Below, piece after piece: positions 51,327 to 61,817 of a stretch of 64,000 nucleotides of DNA (positions are counted from its first letter, which is position 1; each line of letters starts with the position of its first letter). The position numbers and the translations under genes are program-made. Location of the stretch: assembly GCA_965199955.1 (NCBI GenBank), contig CBDATQ010000001.1, forward strand, positions 928,001 through 992,000. The letters are read 5' to 3'. This DNA comes from Spirochaetia bacterium (GTDB lineage: Bacteria; Spirochaetota; Spirochaetia; SZUA-6; Bin103). A model generated the notes under the pieces. The model was not told where the DNA came from and did no database searches. It worked only from the letters and a program-made list of their open reading frames with translations.

Positions 51327-54300
51327 CTACGGCTCGGGCTCGGCGAGGAGCTCGCCAGCGTCGATGCGGGAACGGGTGGCGGCCAGCGCCGCGCCGAGCT
51401 CGTCCGCGTCGGGGAGGTAGCTGGTGCCGGCGCGCAGGAAGTATAGCGCGGCGGCCGGCGCGTGGCCAACCGCCTGCTGCAGGGCGGCGGCGTAGAGGGC
51501 GACCTGGCCAAGGTAGGGGGCCGCCGCCCGCTTGAGCCGCCCGCGCGTCACGTCGTCGGTCTTGAAGTCGACGAGGTGCCAGCGCCCGGAGTGCTCGTAG
51601 GCCAGGTCGATGGTGCCGTGCACGGGGGCGCCGTCCCAGTACCAGCCGAACGGAAGCTCGAAGTGCGCTCGCGTGCCGGGGCTGCGCAGCACCCGCGCCA
51701 GCTCGCTGCCGTCGAAGCGGTCGAGCATGTCTTCCACCTCGGCCATGGCGCGCAGCCCGGCGGGGTAGCCCGCGGTGGCGTGCAAGCGTCCCAGCAGAGG
51801 CCTCAGGTCCGGGCGGGTCCCGGTGGTGAACCAGACCCGGATCGCGTTGTGCGCGAGGGTGCCTCGCACCAGTGCCAGCCCGTCCCCGTGGCCTGCGGAT
51901 CCGGCAGGCGCGGACGGCGGGCGTAGGGACGTGACCGGGGTGCTTGTGCGCAGCGGGATCACCGCGGGGCGGTCGACCAGCGGCGCGTCCACCGTCCGTT
52001 CGCCGGAGGCCGGCGGGATCGCGACCTCCACGGGTGGGCCGGCACGCGCGATCGTGTCCAGGTCGACCGGCGCGGGCTCGCGTAGCTCCACCCGAGACGT
52101 GTCCATGCCGCGCAGCGTCTCCCGGCACATCGCCAGCCAGCTCCTTTCTCGGCCGCCGTCATCGCCGCTCAGGTACAACCGGTCGGCCGCGCGGGTGGCC
52201 GCGACGTAGAGTAGCCGGCGGTACTCGGCGTCTTCCTCGCGCCGATCGAGATCGAGCAGGTAGCGATACAGCCCCGGACGCCGGCGGCGTTCGTCGGCCG
52301 AGGCGGCGTCCGCTTTCAGGGTTACGGAGATGCCGTCGTCGACGCGCCAGCGGATGCTGTCGTGGGTTTCCGGAGCGCGGACGTGCGCTTCGGGCACGAA
52401 GACGATCGGGAACTCCAGCCCCTTGGCGCCGTGGATGGTCAGCAGCCGCACCGCGTCGGTCCGGTCGACCACCGCCAGCCCTTCGCGGTCGACCAGCTCG
52501 TCGCGCCGCCGGCGCAGATAGGTGACCGTCTCGTCGATCGAGCGGCCGGCCAGCGTGCGCAGGATTGTCACCAGCTTGCGGATGTTGGCCAGCGCCTGCT
52601 CGCCGCCGCGCAACGGCGCCCAGGCGGCTTCGAAGCCGGTGACGGCCAGCGCGCGCTCGACGATCGCGTCCGGCGGCTCCAGCGCCGCGGCATCGCACAG
52701 CTCCTTGAGCACAGCCGCGGCGTGCGTGCAGCGCCGCCGGGCGGCGCCGGCTACCTCGTCGGGTGGATGGTCGAGCGCGCGCATCCAGCTCCGATCCGCG
52801 GCGTGGCAGGCCAGCAGCGTTCGGTCGTCGATCATGAACAGGGGCGAGCGCAGCGCGCCGACCAGGGCGATGTGGTCGTCCGGCTCCGAGAGCCACGCCA
52901 GCAGGTTGGTCAGGTCGCGGACCTCCTGGCGGGTGAAGAACCCGGCGCCCGCGGGCGTGACGTACGGCACGCCGTGGCCCTCCAGCGCCTGCTCGAAGAC
53001 GTGCACGTTGGCCAGCCGGCGCATCAGGACCGCCACGTCCCGCGGGGTCGCCGGCCGCTCGGCCCCCCGGCTTCCGTCCCACACCGTCGCGCCGCCGTCG
53101 AGCAGCCCGGCGATCTCGCCCGCCACCACGTCGGCCTCGACCCGCCGGCGGTTCGCGTCCGCGCTTCCGTCGCTGCCGGAGGCCTTGGCAACCGGGATCA
53201 CGGTCAGGTGGGGGCCGGCGCCCCCGGCCGGGCCGCGGCCCGACATGGGCTGCATGCGGACGCTGCCGGGGCCAGCGCCGGCAGCGAACACGCGTTCGAA
53301 TAGAGCATTGCATACCGACACCAACTCGTCATGGGTCCGAAAGGACTGCGTCAGGGCGCGGACCGACCCTCCGGCGCGGCCGATCTCCGCCTCGTAGCGA
53401 TTGAAGTGGGCGACGTCGCTGCCGCGGAACCGGTAGATGGACTGCTTGGCGTCGCCGACCAGGAACCGCCGCGGCCCGCTGCCGTTGCCGCCGGTGAGCA
53501 GGCGCAGCAGGCGGACCTGCGTCTCGTTCAGATCCTGCGCCTCGTCCACCATGACGTGCCGGAGCCGCGCGCGGTAGCGGGCGGCGATCTCCGGGTGGCG
53601 TTCCAGGAGGCGGATCGCCTCCAGCTCCAGGTCCAGGTAGTCGCATGCCAAAAGCTCGGCCTTGCGCGTCCGGTAGCGGCGGCAGGCGTCCTGGAACAGA
53701 GCCTGCAGCGCCGAGGCCACCCGCAGGGCGTCCGCTTCGTACGCCTCCCAGCGGGGCGCCTCCCGCAGGCGCCCGGCGGCTTCGCGGACCGACTTCAGGT
53801 GCTCCTTGACGAGTTTCACGTCCTCCCAGTTCTTCTGACTGCCCACGTTGACCTTGATCAGGGGCCCCTGTGCGGCGAGCGCCTCGGCGAGCCGGCCGGG
53901 CTCCGCGGGAAGCGGATCGCCGAGCGCGTCGAGGAGGCCCCCGACCTGCTGCGCCAGCTTGTCGGCAGGCGCGGCTCCCGCGTGGGCGCGGCGCAGGTCG
54001 GCGACCAAGCGTTCCAGCTCGGGCCGCTCCGCGTCGACCGCGTCCCTCAGCGAGGCGTCGAGCAGCCGGCGAACGTGGCGGGACCAGTCATCGACGGTCG
54101 AGCCGGCCAGCCTGCCGAACGCGGTTCGGACCTCGTCGCGGCGCTCGATCATCCGCGGCAGCTGCTCGCTCAGCGGGAACACGTCGAGCTCCCGTATCGC
54201 CAGGGCACGGCCGTCGTCCGCCTGCGCCGCGTCCTCCAGCGCGTCTCCGGCGGAGCCGATCCGTTCGTACTCCGCCTCATCGTCGGGCAGGATGCGCGCC

Positions 54301-54632
54301 GCGGCGATCGCCCCGGCGGCCACCGGATGCTCGCGCAGCACCTGCAGGCAGAGCGAGTGAATGGTGCCGATCACGGCCTGATCGATGTCGGGGAGATGGC
54401 CGGCCAACTCCGGCCGGCTGCGCACCTCGCGGCGCACGCGCTCGCGCATCTCGGTCGCGGCGGCGTCGGTGAAGGTCACCGCGGCGATCTCGGGGATGCG
54501 GCAGTCGTCGAGCAGCGCGACGTAGCGCTCGACCAGCACGCGGGTCTTGCCGCTGCCGGCCCCGGCGGAAACCAGGATGTCGGCGTTGCGGTCGGCGACC
54601 ACCGCCGCCTGTTGCCGGGTCAGCTCTTCCAT
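51327..54632 (-). CDS. addA: AddA-like UvrD helicase - RecB nuclease
   Basis: AGAGSGKT, DEAQD, GDAKQSIYRFRG, TIHGAKGLEF, YVAATRA, GTIDL...VDFKT. Confidence 0.88.
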   Translation of the reverse strand: MEELTRQQAAVVADRNADILVSAGAGSGKTRVLVERYVALLDDCRIPEIAAVTFTDAAATEMRERVRREVRSRPELAGHLPDIDQAVIGTIHSLCLQVLREHPVAAGAIAAARILPDDEAEYERIGSAGDALEDAAQADDGRALAIRELDVFPLSEQLPRMIERRDEVRTAFGRLAGSTVDDWSRHVRRLLDASLRDAVDAERPELERLVADLRRAHAGAAPADKLAQQVGGLLDALGDPLPAEPGRLAEALAAQGPLIKVNVGSQKNWEDVKLVKEHLKSVREAAGRLREAPRWEAYEADALRVASALQALFQDACRRYRTRKAELLACDYLDLELEAIRLLERHPEIAARYRARLRHVMVDEAQDLNETQVRLLRLLTGGNGSGPRRFLVGDAKQSIYRFRGSDVAHFNRYEAEIGRAGGSVRALTQSFRTHDELVSVCNALFERVFAAGAGPGSVRMQPMSGRGPAGGAGPHLTVIPVAKASGSDGSADANRRRVEADVVAGEIAGLLDGGATVWDGSRGAERPATPRDVAVLMRRLANVHVFEQALEGHGVPYVTPAGAGFFTRQEVRDLTNLLAWLSEPDDHIALVGALRSPLFMIDDRTLLACHAADRSWMRALDHPPDEVAGAARRRCTHAAAVLKELCDAAALEPPDAIVERALAVTGFEAAWAPLRGGEQALANIRKLVTILRTLAGRSIDETVTYLRRRRDELVDREGLAVVDRTDAVRLLTIHGAKGLEFPIVFVPEAHVRAPETHDSIRWRVDDGISVTLKADAASADERRRRPGLYRYLLDLDRREEDAEYRRLLYVAATRAADRLYLSGDDGGRERSWLAMCRETLRGMDTSRVELREPAPVDLDTIARAGPPVEVAIPPASGERTVDAPLVDRPAVIPLRTSTPVTSLRPPSAPAGSAGHGDGLALVRGTLAHNAIRVWFTTGTRPDLRPLLGRLHATAGYPAGLRAMAEVEDMLDRFDGSELARVLRSPGTRAHFELPFGWYWDGAPVHGTIDLAYEHSGRWHLVDFKTDDVTRGRLKRAAAPYLGQVALYAAALQQAVGHAPAAALYFLRAGTSYLPDADELGAALAATRSRIDAGELLAEPEP

Positions 54633-57529
54633 CGACTGAACTGATTGACGCGGCACGCGTGCTGGAAGGCGCAGTACCAGGGACAGGGCTGGACGTTCGG
54701 GCTGACCCGGAAATCGCCGGCCTCCACCGCTGCGCGCACCTCGCCGGCGCGCGCCACGACGCCGTCGATGAGCTCGCGGTCGGCGGGATCGTCAGAGTCG
54801 AGCTGCCACTGCGCGTGGCGTGCGCGCAACCAGGTGTAGCGGGCGATCACCCGCCCGGCCTGCTCCCGCGCCCGCGCCAGGTACGCGTACAGGGGAAGCT
54901 GCACCCTGATGTCGCCGTCCAGTTCCCTGCGGCTGATGGAGCCGCCCGTCTTGTAGTCCACGACCACCGCCAGGCCGGAGGCCGCGTCCAGGCGGTCGAT
55001 CTTGGCTCCAACCGCGAGCGGCGGTTCCAGCGGCAGCGCGGACTCGATCCGGGTCTCGGTGCCGAGCAGCGCGGTGACTCCGTCCGCGGCGCACCGCTCG
55101 GCTTCGGCTCGCAACAGATCTTCCAGCCGCTCCAGCGCCGGCTCGCGCTCGATCCGCCACAGCCCCACCCGGCCGAACCCGTGCTCGTCCGGGGCCCGCT
55201 CCCAGATCCCCTTGCCGCTGGTATGGAGGCGTGCGACGGCGTTGTCGACGGTATCCGGCGTGAGCGGCGTATCGGTCGCGTTCAGGTCCGCGAGCGCGTC
55301 CTGCAGCATCGCGTGCATGACCGTGCCGCGTGTCGCCGCGTCGGCGGAGTCCTGCTCTTCGTCCAGCTCGCGGAGGCGGAGCGCGTAGCGCCCGAAGAAC
55401 TGGAAGGCGCAGGTCCGGTAACTCTCGAGTCGTGTCGCGCTCCACACGGCCTGCGCGTCGGTCAGCTCGGGACGCAGACCGGGGCCGACCGCGCCCTCGA
55501 ATGCGCCGGCATGGACGAACGACCGCCGTCGCTGCTCGATCTGCGCGGCGACACGCACGACCTCCCACGCAGGGCCGGCATCGGGCCGCGCGGCGCTGCC
55601 GCGGCTCCACCCGCTGGTGCACGCGATCGCCAGCTCCCGCCGCGAGGCGGCCTCGGCCGGCTCGGGCGCTCCGGTCTCGTCCGCCTGGTCGCCCGCGGCG
55701 TCGTCGAAGTAGAGCGAGGCCGCCACCTGCCGGCCGCGCTCGTCCAGGCGCGTCCGCCAGGCGGTGAGCGCCGTGTCGGCGCGGCTGCGCACGGACAGCC
55801 ACAGCTCGTCCTCGGTCGGTTCCGGAGGCGGCGGCAATTCCAGACCGGCCGCGGCCAGCGCCTTCCTCGCATCCCGGGACAGGAGCAGCGGCTCCGAGCG
55901 TGACGCGGAAAACTCGCCTTCCACCAGGCCGCCTGCTTCCAGGTGGGCCAGCCGCAGACCCGACAGCGCGCTCATCGGCGCCAGGAGCACGCCGCCCGCT
56001 TCGCGCATAATCGCCGCCGGCGCCTCCATGCGCGCCAGGAGACGCTCCACGAACGCCGCGAACGGCACCGGCTCCTCCTGGATGGCGTCGTCCGCGGCGG
56101 CGATGTCGTCCAGGTGCCCGCGGAGCGCATCGATCTCGGCGATGAGACCCGGTTCGGTGCGGACGTCGGCACGGATGAGCGGCGGCTGGCCGAACAGCGC
56201 GGCCTTTACCTGCCGCGCGTGCGCGCCGGCGGGCGCGGGCGGCGGTTCCAGGAATGCGTAGAGGTACGAGAGCACGGCAGTGAGACCCCGCGCCTCCATG
56301 CCGGGGAGGCTCGGTCCTTGCTCACGCTCGCCGCCGGTCCTGTCAGGCTCCTGTTCTTTCTTCGGCGCCAGCAGCGCCAGCCGGTCCAGCGCGTCGCGTC
56401 CGGCCCAAAGATGATGCTGCCGCCCGCAGCGCGCGATGCGGGTGATCTGCCACGGGTCGAGTCCGAAGCGGCGGCAGTCGATGAAGCCGCTTCCGAGCAC
56501 GGTGATCAGGTCGCGGAGCCGCCACCCCTCGGCCGACAGGCGCAGCAACCGCCGTACCCAGACGCCGAGCGGGCGGTTGGCGAGCGGTTCGCCGTCCACC
56601 GGGTCGAGCGGCAGGTCGTACTCGGCGAACACCTGCCGCGCCAGGCCGAGAACGGGACCGAGCCGGCGGAAGGTCACCCCACAGTCCGATGGCCGCAGGC
56701 TGCGGTCGTCGGTCAGCCGCCGCTTGATGGCGCGCGCCATGGCGCGTAGCCCCGCTTCGCGGTCGGCGGCAACGCACCCCTGCATCCGCGGCGCCGACGC
56801 GCGCCCGCCGGAGCGTTCGATGACCGCATCCGGGAGCCGCCCGCGCAGGCGCTCGTACGAGTGGCGGGCGCGCTCACCGGCGTCGGGATCGAACGCCAGC
56901 AGAAGGTCGCGGTTGCGGGCCAGCGCGGCCAGCAGGCGGAGCTCGCCGCCGTGAAAGAACCGGAAGCCGTCGACGATCACCAGGAACGGCAGTCCGGCCG
57001 CGTCGCCGGCAGCCGCGGCCGCGGCGGGCAGCGCCGCCGGCGCGAGCCACCCGTGCCCCTCCAGCTCGCGGCGCCAGGCTCCGTAGATGGCTGCGACCGC
57101 CGCGAGCTGCGGGTCGCCGGTGGCGGCGGCGGCCGCGGTGAAACGGTCCGCGAAGACATCCTCGGCCAGCAACTCATCCACCGCCGCCCACAGCAGCGGC
57201 AGCGCGGCCGCCGCGCCCAGGGGCGCGAAGTGCGCGGCGGCTCCGGATGCGATCTGCCGGTACGCGACGCTGCCGAGCAGCTCGCGCGAGGCGCCGATCG
57301 AGGCGGTAGCGGTCCCGGTGTGGAGCCTGCGGGCCACTCCGCGTGGCGTCTCCACCTGCAGGTCGAGCGCCACGCCGCACAGCGCCAGCAGCCGTCGCCG
57401 GAACTGGTCGCCGTGCCGGACGGTCGGCACCACCACCAGAGTGGCCGCGAACGGGTTCATCCGGTAACGCTCCGCCGCCCGCCGGAGCAGGGCCTCGGTC
57501 TTCCCGGAGCCGGCTGGCCCGACGATCAA
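54620..57529 (-). CDS. addB: AddB-like inactive helicase - PD-(D/E)XK nuclease with Fe-S cysteines
   Basis: GPAGSGKT, YRTCAF, KIDRLD, DYKTG, QLPLY, CPWYC...C. Confidence 0.82.
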   Translation of the reverse strand: MIVGPAGSGKTEALLRRAAERYRMNPFAATLVVVPTVRHGDQFRRRLLALCGVALDLQVETPRGVARRLHTGTATASIGASRELLGSVAYRQIASGAAAHFAPLGAAAALPLLWAAVDELLAEDVFADRFTAAAAATGDPQLAAVAAIYGAWRRELEGHGWLAPAALPAAAAAAGDAAGLPFLVIVDGFRFFHGGELRLLAALARNRDLLLAFDPDAGERARHSYERLRGRLPDAVIERSGGRASAPRMQGCVAADREAGLRAMARAIKRRLTDDRSLRPSDCGVTFRRLGPVLGLARQVFAEYDLPLDPVDGEPLANRPLGVWVRRLLRLSAEGWRLRDLITVLGSGFIDCRRFGLDPWQITRIARCGRQHHLWAGRDALDRLALLAPKKEQEPDRTGGEREQGPSLPGMEARGLTAVLSYLYAFLEPPPAPAGAHARQVKAALFGQPPLIRADVRTEPGLIAEIDALRGHLDDIAAADDAIQEEPVPFAAFVERLLARMEAPAAIMREAGGVLLAPMSALSGLRLAHLEAGGLVEGEFSASRSEPLLLSRDARKALAAAGLELPPPPEPTEDELWLSVRSRADTALTAWRTRLDERGRQVAASLYFDDAAGDQADETGAPEPAEAASRRELAIACTSGWSRGSAARPDAGPAWEVVRVAAQIEQRRRSFVHAGAFEGAVGPGLRPELTDAQAVWSATRLESYRTCAFQFFGRYALRLRELDEEQDSADAATRGTVMHAMLQDALADLNATDTPLTPDTVDNAVARLHTSGKGIWERAPDEHGFGRVGLWRIEREPALERLEDLLRAEAERCAADGVTALLGTETRIESALPLEPPLAVGAKIDRLDAASGLAVVVDYKTGGSISRRELDGDIRVQLPLYAYLARAREQAGRVIARYTWLRARHAQWQLDSDDPADRELIDGVVARAGEVRAAVEAGDFRVSPNVQPCPWYCAFQHACRVNQFSRWKS

Positions 57530-57568
57530 GGTGGGGTGTGCGATGCCCGCTATCGTATCGTGCCGGGG

Positions 57569-58090
57569 TCAGGAGTACAGATACATGACTCGGTACCCTT
57601 GTATGAGTTCATGGCTAAACACCGCCTCGGCCTGCGCCTCCTTACGGCCTTCCATGCGCTCGGCGGCCAGCAGGGGGTCGTCATCCGGCCCGGTGCCCTC
57701 CGCGGCGCCCAGCGTTCGCGCCACTCGACGCAGTGCCGCCATGGTGGCGTGCGACAGCTCGGCCTCGTTCAGCGCCCAGTGGATCTCCTGCGTAGAGGGC
57801 GAGCTTGCCGCGGCGTACGTCGGCGGTGTTGTCCACCTCCAGCACCACGTCCGGCAACGCGTCGCTGCCGACCTCGATCGCGGCGCCCCACGGTCGCGTC
57901 GCGCGCGGGTGCAGATACACAGTCTGGTCGGCCTCCAGGATGCGCAGGTGATCGCCGTGGATGTCGCGCACCAGGAGGTCCGCGGCACCGAAGGTCTCGA
58001 TCGGCGAACCGCGCAGGTGGGCGATCGTCGTCAGCAGCCCTGCGAGGCGCTGCCCCGGCCGCTCGTGCGCCGTGGTCGCCGGCCGCGCGG
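57569..58090 (-). pseudogene. Uma2-family endonuclease remnant
   Basis: HE.PGQRL, EADQTVY, PDVVLEVD, GKLALY, then a deletion/frameshift into GTGPDDDPLL. Confidence 0.7.
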
Positions 58091-58113
58091 GGGTGGGTTA
58101 CGCTGAAGCTGCG

Positions 58114-59247
58114 ATGGACGACACGGGACGCGAACACACCGGCCTGTTTCCGCTCGATGGACGGCCGGCGATCATGCCGAGGGAGCAGCGCGACCGCGTC
58201 GCGGAGCGGTTTCCGCCAGCGCCGGCGGCGGACGAACACAGCCTGGCGGGCCGGCTGGCGCGCCTGAAGCGGCAGGCCAACGGCCGGGAGCCGTTCGTCT
58301 TCGACGAGGTGATGGAGCTGGCCTACCGCCCCGGTCCCGGTCTGAGCTTCATCGACAACACCTTCGTCGAGCACGACGGCAAGCTGTGGAACTTTCACAT
58401 CACCGGCTCGCCCGAGGACCTGGAGAAGGCCGACCCGCGCATCCGCAAGCTCGCCTACGAGTACACAGGCTACGCGGTCGGCAGCGGCCTGTTCGACCTG
58501 GAGTACCGCGGCCTGATCCTGAGCACGCCCCAGGGGGAGTGGGACTGCGTCGCCACCGGCGTGCCGGTGAACATCCATCCGTACGCGGGCGGCTTCGCCT
58601 GCGTCACCACGGGCGTGGGCATGCAGGGGACGCGCTGCGGCGTCGCGTTCTCCACCGATCTGCTCGACTGGCGCTACGACGAGCGCAACCCGCTGCTGCC
58701 GCCCCCGCCGTGGGCCGAGCCGTACGGCGCCTGCAAGGACAGCCACATCCTGCGCATCGGTGACACGTACCACATCTACTACATCGTCACCGCGAAGCTG
58801 GGCTACTCGGCGATCGCCCTGGCGACGACCACCGACTGGGACCGGTTCGAGCTGGCGCCGGAGCCGGTGTTCCTGTTCCCGGCCGGCCTGCGCGGCACCG
58901 GCGGCTGCGAGTCGCCGTGCGTGCTGGAGCGCGACGGCGTCTTCCACCTGTTCTTCTGCAACGGCCCCGGCACCTGGCACACGATCAGCGACCGGCCCGA
59001 CCGGTTCCCAGGCACCAACGGCATCTACCTGGTCGGACCGTTCGTCGCCGCCGAGGTGTTCCGCTTCGCCGGCCGCTGGTGGCTGTCGAGCACCCGCAAG
59101 GAAGACCTGCGCCGCAAGGACCGCCTGCGCGGCATCAGCCACCATGGCGACGTCGACGACGAGCGCCGCAACCTGGCCGGCATGTACGTCGCCGAAGTGA
59201 CCTGGGACGGCGACTTCCCGGTGCTCAGCCGCCCGACTCCCGCTTGA
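58114..59247 (+). CDS. GH32/GH43-like five-bladed beta-propeller hydrolase
   Basis: IDNTF, CKDSH, ESPCV; NPLL blades. Confidence 0.7.
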   Translation: MDDTGREHTGLFPLDGRPAIMPREQRDRVAERFPPAPAADEHSLAGRLARLKRQANGREPFVFDEVMELAYRPGPGLSFIDNTFVEHDGKLWNFHITGSPEDLEKADPRIRKLAYEYTGYAVGSGLFDLEYRGLILSTPQGEWDCVATGVPVNIHPYAGGFACVTTGVGMQGTRCGVAFSTDLLDWRYDERNPLLPPPPWAEPYGACKDSHILRIGDTYHIYYIVTAKLGYSAIALATTTDWDRFELAPEPVFLFPAGLRGTGGCESPCVLERDGVFHLFFCNGPGTWHTISDRPDRFPGTNGIYLVGPFVAAEVFRFAGRWWLSSTRKEDLRRKDRLRGISHHGDVDDERRNLAGMYVAEVTWDGDFPVLSRPTPA

Positions 59248-59265
59248 GGATGATGCCTGCCGTTC

Positions 59266-59466
59266 TCAAGGAGACGGGTACTCCGGCCGTGAGCCATCCG
59301 GCGCGTGCCGATGGCGGTGGTGGGCTCCACATGACAGTCTCAAGTTCTCAGAATCGGCGCTACCGCCCAGCGCATAGGGCAGGATGTGGTCTATCTCGAT
59401 CAGATGTCGAGAGTTGCAGCGGCGTCCGGTCTGCCGATCGACGTAGCCGCAGCGGCCGTCGTCCCG
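59266..59466 (-). pseudogene. HNH endonuclease C-terminal remnant
   Basis: [50 protein letters not shown]; not in the ORF track. Confidence 0.8.
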
Positions 59467-59469
59467 CTG

Positions 59470-60590
59470 CCGAATCGATGCTGAGCGTCTTTTCGGCAGG
59501 ATCCAGTCGCTTCCACTTGGTGTCGAGCACTGTCGGGCCGTCCGGTGTCTCGACCACGATGTCCGGCTTGAGCCGGAACAGCGGACCGTCCGGCGCTTCG
59601 ATTGCGCAGTGCCTCGCGTGCTGGAAGTGAACCTGCCACGGTGAGGCGGCGCGCCGCACGCTCCGTCCGACGAATCCCTCGAAGAGGTCGTTCATGGCGA
59701 ACACCAGCGCGAAGCCCGATGCCCTCCCGCTGGCCGTGCTCTGCCAATCCCCGGCAAGGAACATCCGGGATAGACGATACAGGTCGTGATACGCGGTGTT
59801 GCTCCGGTCCAGGCGAACCGGCTCGCGTAATGGGGTACGCGTGTCGTTCACGAACTCCAACCGCGCAACGAGCTCGGCCAGACGGACGGTCCAGCGGTAG
59901 CGCTCCTCGTCCGTACCGTCATCGTCGAGACCTGGAGGCGGTTTCAGGGGATCCGCTCGACGAAGCCGTCGCCGCCGCCCAGTACAGCGCGTACCTTCGC
60001 CCAATCCTCGTAGAAGTACTCCGCCAGGAGCGGGATGATCTTGCGGCGCATCGCCTCGTCCACATCGGCCTTGGTACGCGCGGTCATACGCATGTTCGAT
60101 CAGGTGGTCGCGATCGAGGAGCCACTCCAAGCGTTCGTTCATGGCGCGGAGAACCCCCGGCAGATCGATTCCGGTCGCCTCACCAGCGTCCTCCAGCAGA
60201 TCGGGGTCGGGCGCCAACTCCTCGAACTGGAAGCGACGGCGCAGCGCCGTGTCCAGGAGCGCGATGGAGCGGTCGGCGGTGTTCATGGTGCCGAGGATGT
60301 GAAGGTTGGCGGGCAAGGTGAAGGGCTCGCCGGAATGCGGCAACGTCACGACCGCTTCGTTCGCCGCGCCTGCACGCTTGTCTTCCTCCAGGAGCGTGAT
60401 CAGCTCGCCCAGCACCTTGGAGACGTTGGCACGATTAGATCTCGTCGATGACCAGGACGTGAGGCGCTTCGCTCGCTCGCGCGCGTTCGGCGATGCGTCG
60501 TTCCATCGCAGATCTCCACGCAGCGGCGGGCAGTGGCATAAGTCTTGCCGGTTCCCGGCGGCCCCAGCAGGATCACGTTCAGGGGCGTCG
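59470..60590 (-). pseudogene. mcrBC: Collapsed McrB-McrC (type IV restriction) remnant
   Basis: Mcr[32 protein letters not shown]; McrC MNDLFE, LKPDI, LDTKWK; multiple deletions and frameshifts. Confidence 0.88.
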
Positions 60591-60670
60591 CCTCATCAGG
60601 AGGAGTTGGTCCAGGTGGCCATAGTTTTCGAATAAGCGGATCATAGAAGTCGAACGTCCCGTGCTCCCTT

Positions 60671-61447
60671 TCAAGCCCACGGCGGCTGGTCGCAGCCGCG
60701 GAAGGGGTAGTGGTCGCCGGGGCGGAAGCGGGGCCAGGGCGGGTAGGTGTTGATGCCTTCGACGGCGCTGCCGCGGCACAGGTACGCCGGGTGGTCCTCG
60801 CGCAGGATGCGCGTGGAGGTGGGGATGTAGCGCAGGGTCAGGCCGATGCGGCGCCGCTCCGAGCGGTTGGCCTCCGAGCCGTGGATGATGTACGGATCGT
60901 GCAGGGAGACGCCGCCGGCCGGCACGACCACGTCCACCGCGTCCGCGTCGTCCACGTCCCGGTCCAGCTTCGAGCTCAGGACGTTCGGCGCGTCCTCGGT
61001 CCGCCGGTGCTCGTGGAGCCGCCTGGTCCGGTGCGAGCCGGGAACGACGCGCATGCAGCCGTTCTCGGGCGTCGAGTCGTCCCCGGCCAGCCAGATGGTG
61101 ATGACCTCCATGGGCTCCAGCGGCCAGTAGTTGCCGTCCTGGTGCCAGAGCACCGGCTGCCCGCTGCGCGGCGGCTTGCTGATGTAGTGGGCGGCGAACA
61201 GGGCGATGTCCGGTCCCAGGAACGGCTCGATCAGGTCGATCAGCCGGGGGTCGGTGCAGAGGCGGATCCAGAACGGGTCGTCCACGATCAGGCGGTGGTG
61301 GAACTGCTCGGGCCGCACGTCGGGGTGCCGGCGCTCAAGCCACTCGACATGGCCCTGCACCTCCGCCACCAGCTCCCGGTCGATCACCTCTGGGATCACG
61401 ACGTATCCGTCCCGCTCGTACCGGTTGACGACCTCTCCTCTCGTCAT
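60671..61447 (-). CDS. Phytanoyl-CoA dioxygenase (PhyH) family
   Basis: WHQD, ENGCMRVVPGSH, IHGS, RR. Confidence 0.9.
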   Translation of the reverse strand: MTRGEVVNRYERDGYVVIPEVIDRELVAEVQGHVEWLERRHPDVRPEQFHHRLIVDDPFWIRLCTDPRLIDLIEPFLGPDIALFAAHYISKPPRSGQPVLWHQDGNYWPLEPMEVITIWLAGDDSTPENGCMRVVPGSHRTRRLHEHRRTEDAPNVLSSKLDRDVDDADAVDVVVPAGGVSLHDPYIIHGSEANRSERRRIGLTLRYIPTSTRILREDHPAYLCRGSAVEGINTYPPWPRFRPGDHYPFRGCDQPPWA

Positions 61448-61517
61448 GGTGCGATGGTGATCCGCCCTCGTCACAACGTGCAACGCCGGGACCGCCGGGC
61501 CTGATAGACTCGCCCCC

Positions 61518-61817
61518 ATGTGTCGCAGCATTCGTCCGCTCCACAACTTCGCCCCGCCGGCGACCGCCGAGGAGATGCACGCGGCGGCGCTGCAGTACGT
61601 CCGCAAGGTCAGCGGGACGTCCAAGTCGTCGCGGGCCAACGCCCGCGCCTTCGAACGCGCGGTCGACGAAGTCGCGCTCGCCACGCGGCGGTTGCTTGAC
61701 GCGCTGGTGACCACGGAGCCGCCGCGCAACCGCGAGGTCGAAGCCGCCAAGGCGCGGGAACGCGCCGCGCAGCGCTTCGGCCCGGCCGTCGCCCGGACGG
61801 CCGAACGGCATCCATGA
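61518..61817 (+). CDS. DUF2277 family protein
   Basis: MCRSIRPLHNFAPPAT.EE..AAALQYVRKVSG. Confidence 0.85.
   Translation: MCRSIRPLHNFAPPATAEEMHAAALQYVRKVSGTSKSSRANARAFERAVDEVALATRRLLDALVTTEPPRNREVEAAKARERAAQRFGPAVARTAERHP

Noticed and set aside
59360..60415. 351-aa ORF as a natural McrB-McrC fusion protein
   Set aside because: It lacks Walker A and B, passes through an out-of-frame stretch and ends in another frame of the HNH remnant; it is a decay product.
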